64,000 nt of DNA, from contig CBDAOI010000004.1 in NCBI GenBank assembly GCA_965198005.1, forward strand, positions 1,248,001 through 1,312,000, written 5' to 3'. The notes beneath the pieces were generated by a model, which was given only the letters and a program-made list of their open reading frames with translations, was not told where the DNA came from and did no database searches. The translations under genes and the position numbers were made by a program. Within the stretch, counting starts at the first letter, position 1, and each line of letters opens with the position of its first letter. Positions 63,134 through 64,000 of the stretch are shown here, piece after piece. The DNA comes from Spirochaetia bacterium. GTDB taxonomy: Bacteria > Spirochaetota > Spirochaetia > SZUA-6 > Bin103.

Positions 63134-63397
63134 GTGGAACTTGCCTTACACGAAGCGGAAACGTGCCTTTCCGATCTCGTCACCGCCGCCCAGAACGGCG
63201 AACGGGTCGTGATAACGAGGAATGGAGAACCGACCGTGGAGTTGGTCCGCTGCCGCGAGAAGCGAGGCGGTATCGACTTCGAAAAGCTTGACGCGGATCG
63301 CCGGCAGCTCGGAATCAAGGGGGACGAAGAGAGGTGGCCTAAGGAATTCAACGATCCAGCGTTCAGCCGCGCCGTGCTGGGACTCGACGACGACTAG
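63134..63397 (+). CDS. Phd/YefM antitoxin
   Basis: EAETCLSDLV..GERVVITRNGEP; RBS AAGGAG. Confidence 0.82.
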   Translation: MELALHEAETCLSDLVTAAQNGERVVITRNGEPTVELVRCREKRGGIDFEKLDADRRQLGIKGDEERWPKEFNDPAFSRAVLGLDDD

Positions 63398-63407
63398 GCT
63401 GCCGGCC

Positions 63408-63490
63408 ATGCGCGTTCTGCTCGATACGTCGGTGCGCGATCTCTTGGACCTCCGGCTGCGCGGCCGGCTCGGGCGCTACGGCGCCGGCAG
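63408..63490 (+). pseudogene. PIN toxin start fused to an orphan dppC tail
   Basis: MRVLLDT joined to VRDLLDLRLRGRLGRYGAG. Confidence 0.7.
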
Positions 63491-63823
63491 GGGCCAGGAT
63501 GGTGAACACTCGCAGCAACGGGGTTGACCTCGACCTGACTCGCGCGTGCCTGTCGAGGCGTATGAAAGGGGGCTGCAACGGCCCATGGGGAATCAGGGAA
63601 TCACGACCGCCGCGCCGAGCGGCAAAACTGCTACAGCGCAGTTTCCGCGGCAATGCGCCCCGGTTGCGCGCCGACCGCAGCGCCGGCCTGGCCGCCGCCG
63701 ATGCGGAGGTGAGCCGCCTGCGGCTGCTGCTGGAAGCGGGCGTGCGCCACGACACGATTCGACACGATCATAAGCTTGCCGGAACGCGCTGCGGTTGCTA
63801 CCCTCGGATAAGCGAGCGCACCT

Positions 63824-64000
63824 ATGACCGAAGGCAACGGACACCGCGAACCCGCGACCCCGAAGGAGATCTGGGAGATTCTCCGCGAGGTCTCCGCAGT
63901 GCAGCAGGAGACTGCACGCCGTATGCAGGAGACCGACCGGCGGTTGCAGGAGACTGATCAACTGCTCACGCGGCAGGCACGGGCCGCCGACCGGCGCATG
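63824..64000 (+). CDS. paralog of the 58365 coiled-coil PD-(D/E)XK protein (runs off the window)
   Basis: MTEGNGHREPATPKEIWEIL; upstream region also duplicated; fewer heptads. Confidence 0.8.
   Translation, partial: MTEGNGHREPATPKEIWEILREVSAVQQETARRMQETDRRLQETDQLLTRQARAADRRM

Larger units (their letters stand above)
63011..63650. repeat. 38-bp inverted repeat pair (63011-63048 / 63613-63650), each internally palindromic
   Basis: CCGCGGAAACTGCGCTGCAGCAGTTTCGCCGCGCGGCG versus its reverse complement with 3 mismatches. Confidence 0.75.

Noticed and set aside
31440-64000. Integron, DGR or prophage explaining the cassette array
   Set aside because: No tyrosine or serine recombinase, attC pattern, reverse transcriptase or phage structural gene is present in the window.

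Overview
High-GC bacterial window. The 'GLWA' signal peptides on the solute-binding proteins, together with many Rpn, Uma2, PD-(D/E)XK and toxin-antitoxin (TA) genes, a sterol desaturase and a sulfatase, suggest a host-associated Spirochaetota-like genome such as a sponge symbiont; this is inference only. All family assignments come from recognised motifs, not from database searches. Layout: (1) 1-8.1 kb, ordinary metabolic and transport genes, including an sdhA with no adjacent sdhB/C. (2) 8.1-25.5 kb, a defence island: AAA-wHTH ATPase, a large 2OG-Fe(II) oxygenase, an ABC-ATPase with a broken partner, a restriction-like module (SNF2-DUF3883 lacking its helicase core, DUF1156 methylase, DUF499 ATPase), interleaved TA pairs, and a TM0106 nuclease-helicase. 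(3) 25.7-28.3 kb, a PGM1-like ATP-grasp ligase overlapping an M20 peptidase that has a tandem pentapeptide leader. (4) 28.4-41.2 kb, many internally deleted and fused pseudogenes, TA genes and restriction-modification (RM) remnants. (5) 31.4-64 kb, at least nine complete or relic dppA-dppB-dppC peptide-ABC modules; nuclease or TA cargo often follows the dppC 3' end, and a duplicated, structured leader lies upstream of two dppA copies. No rRNA, tRNA or CRISPR array was seen. Some of the fragmentation could be metagenomic misassembly.
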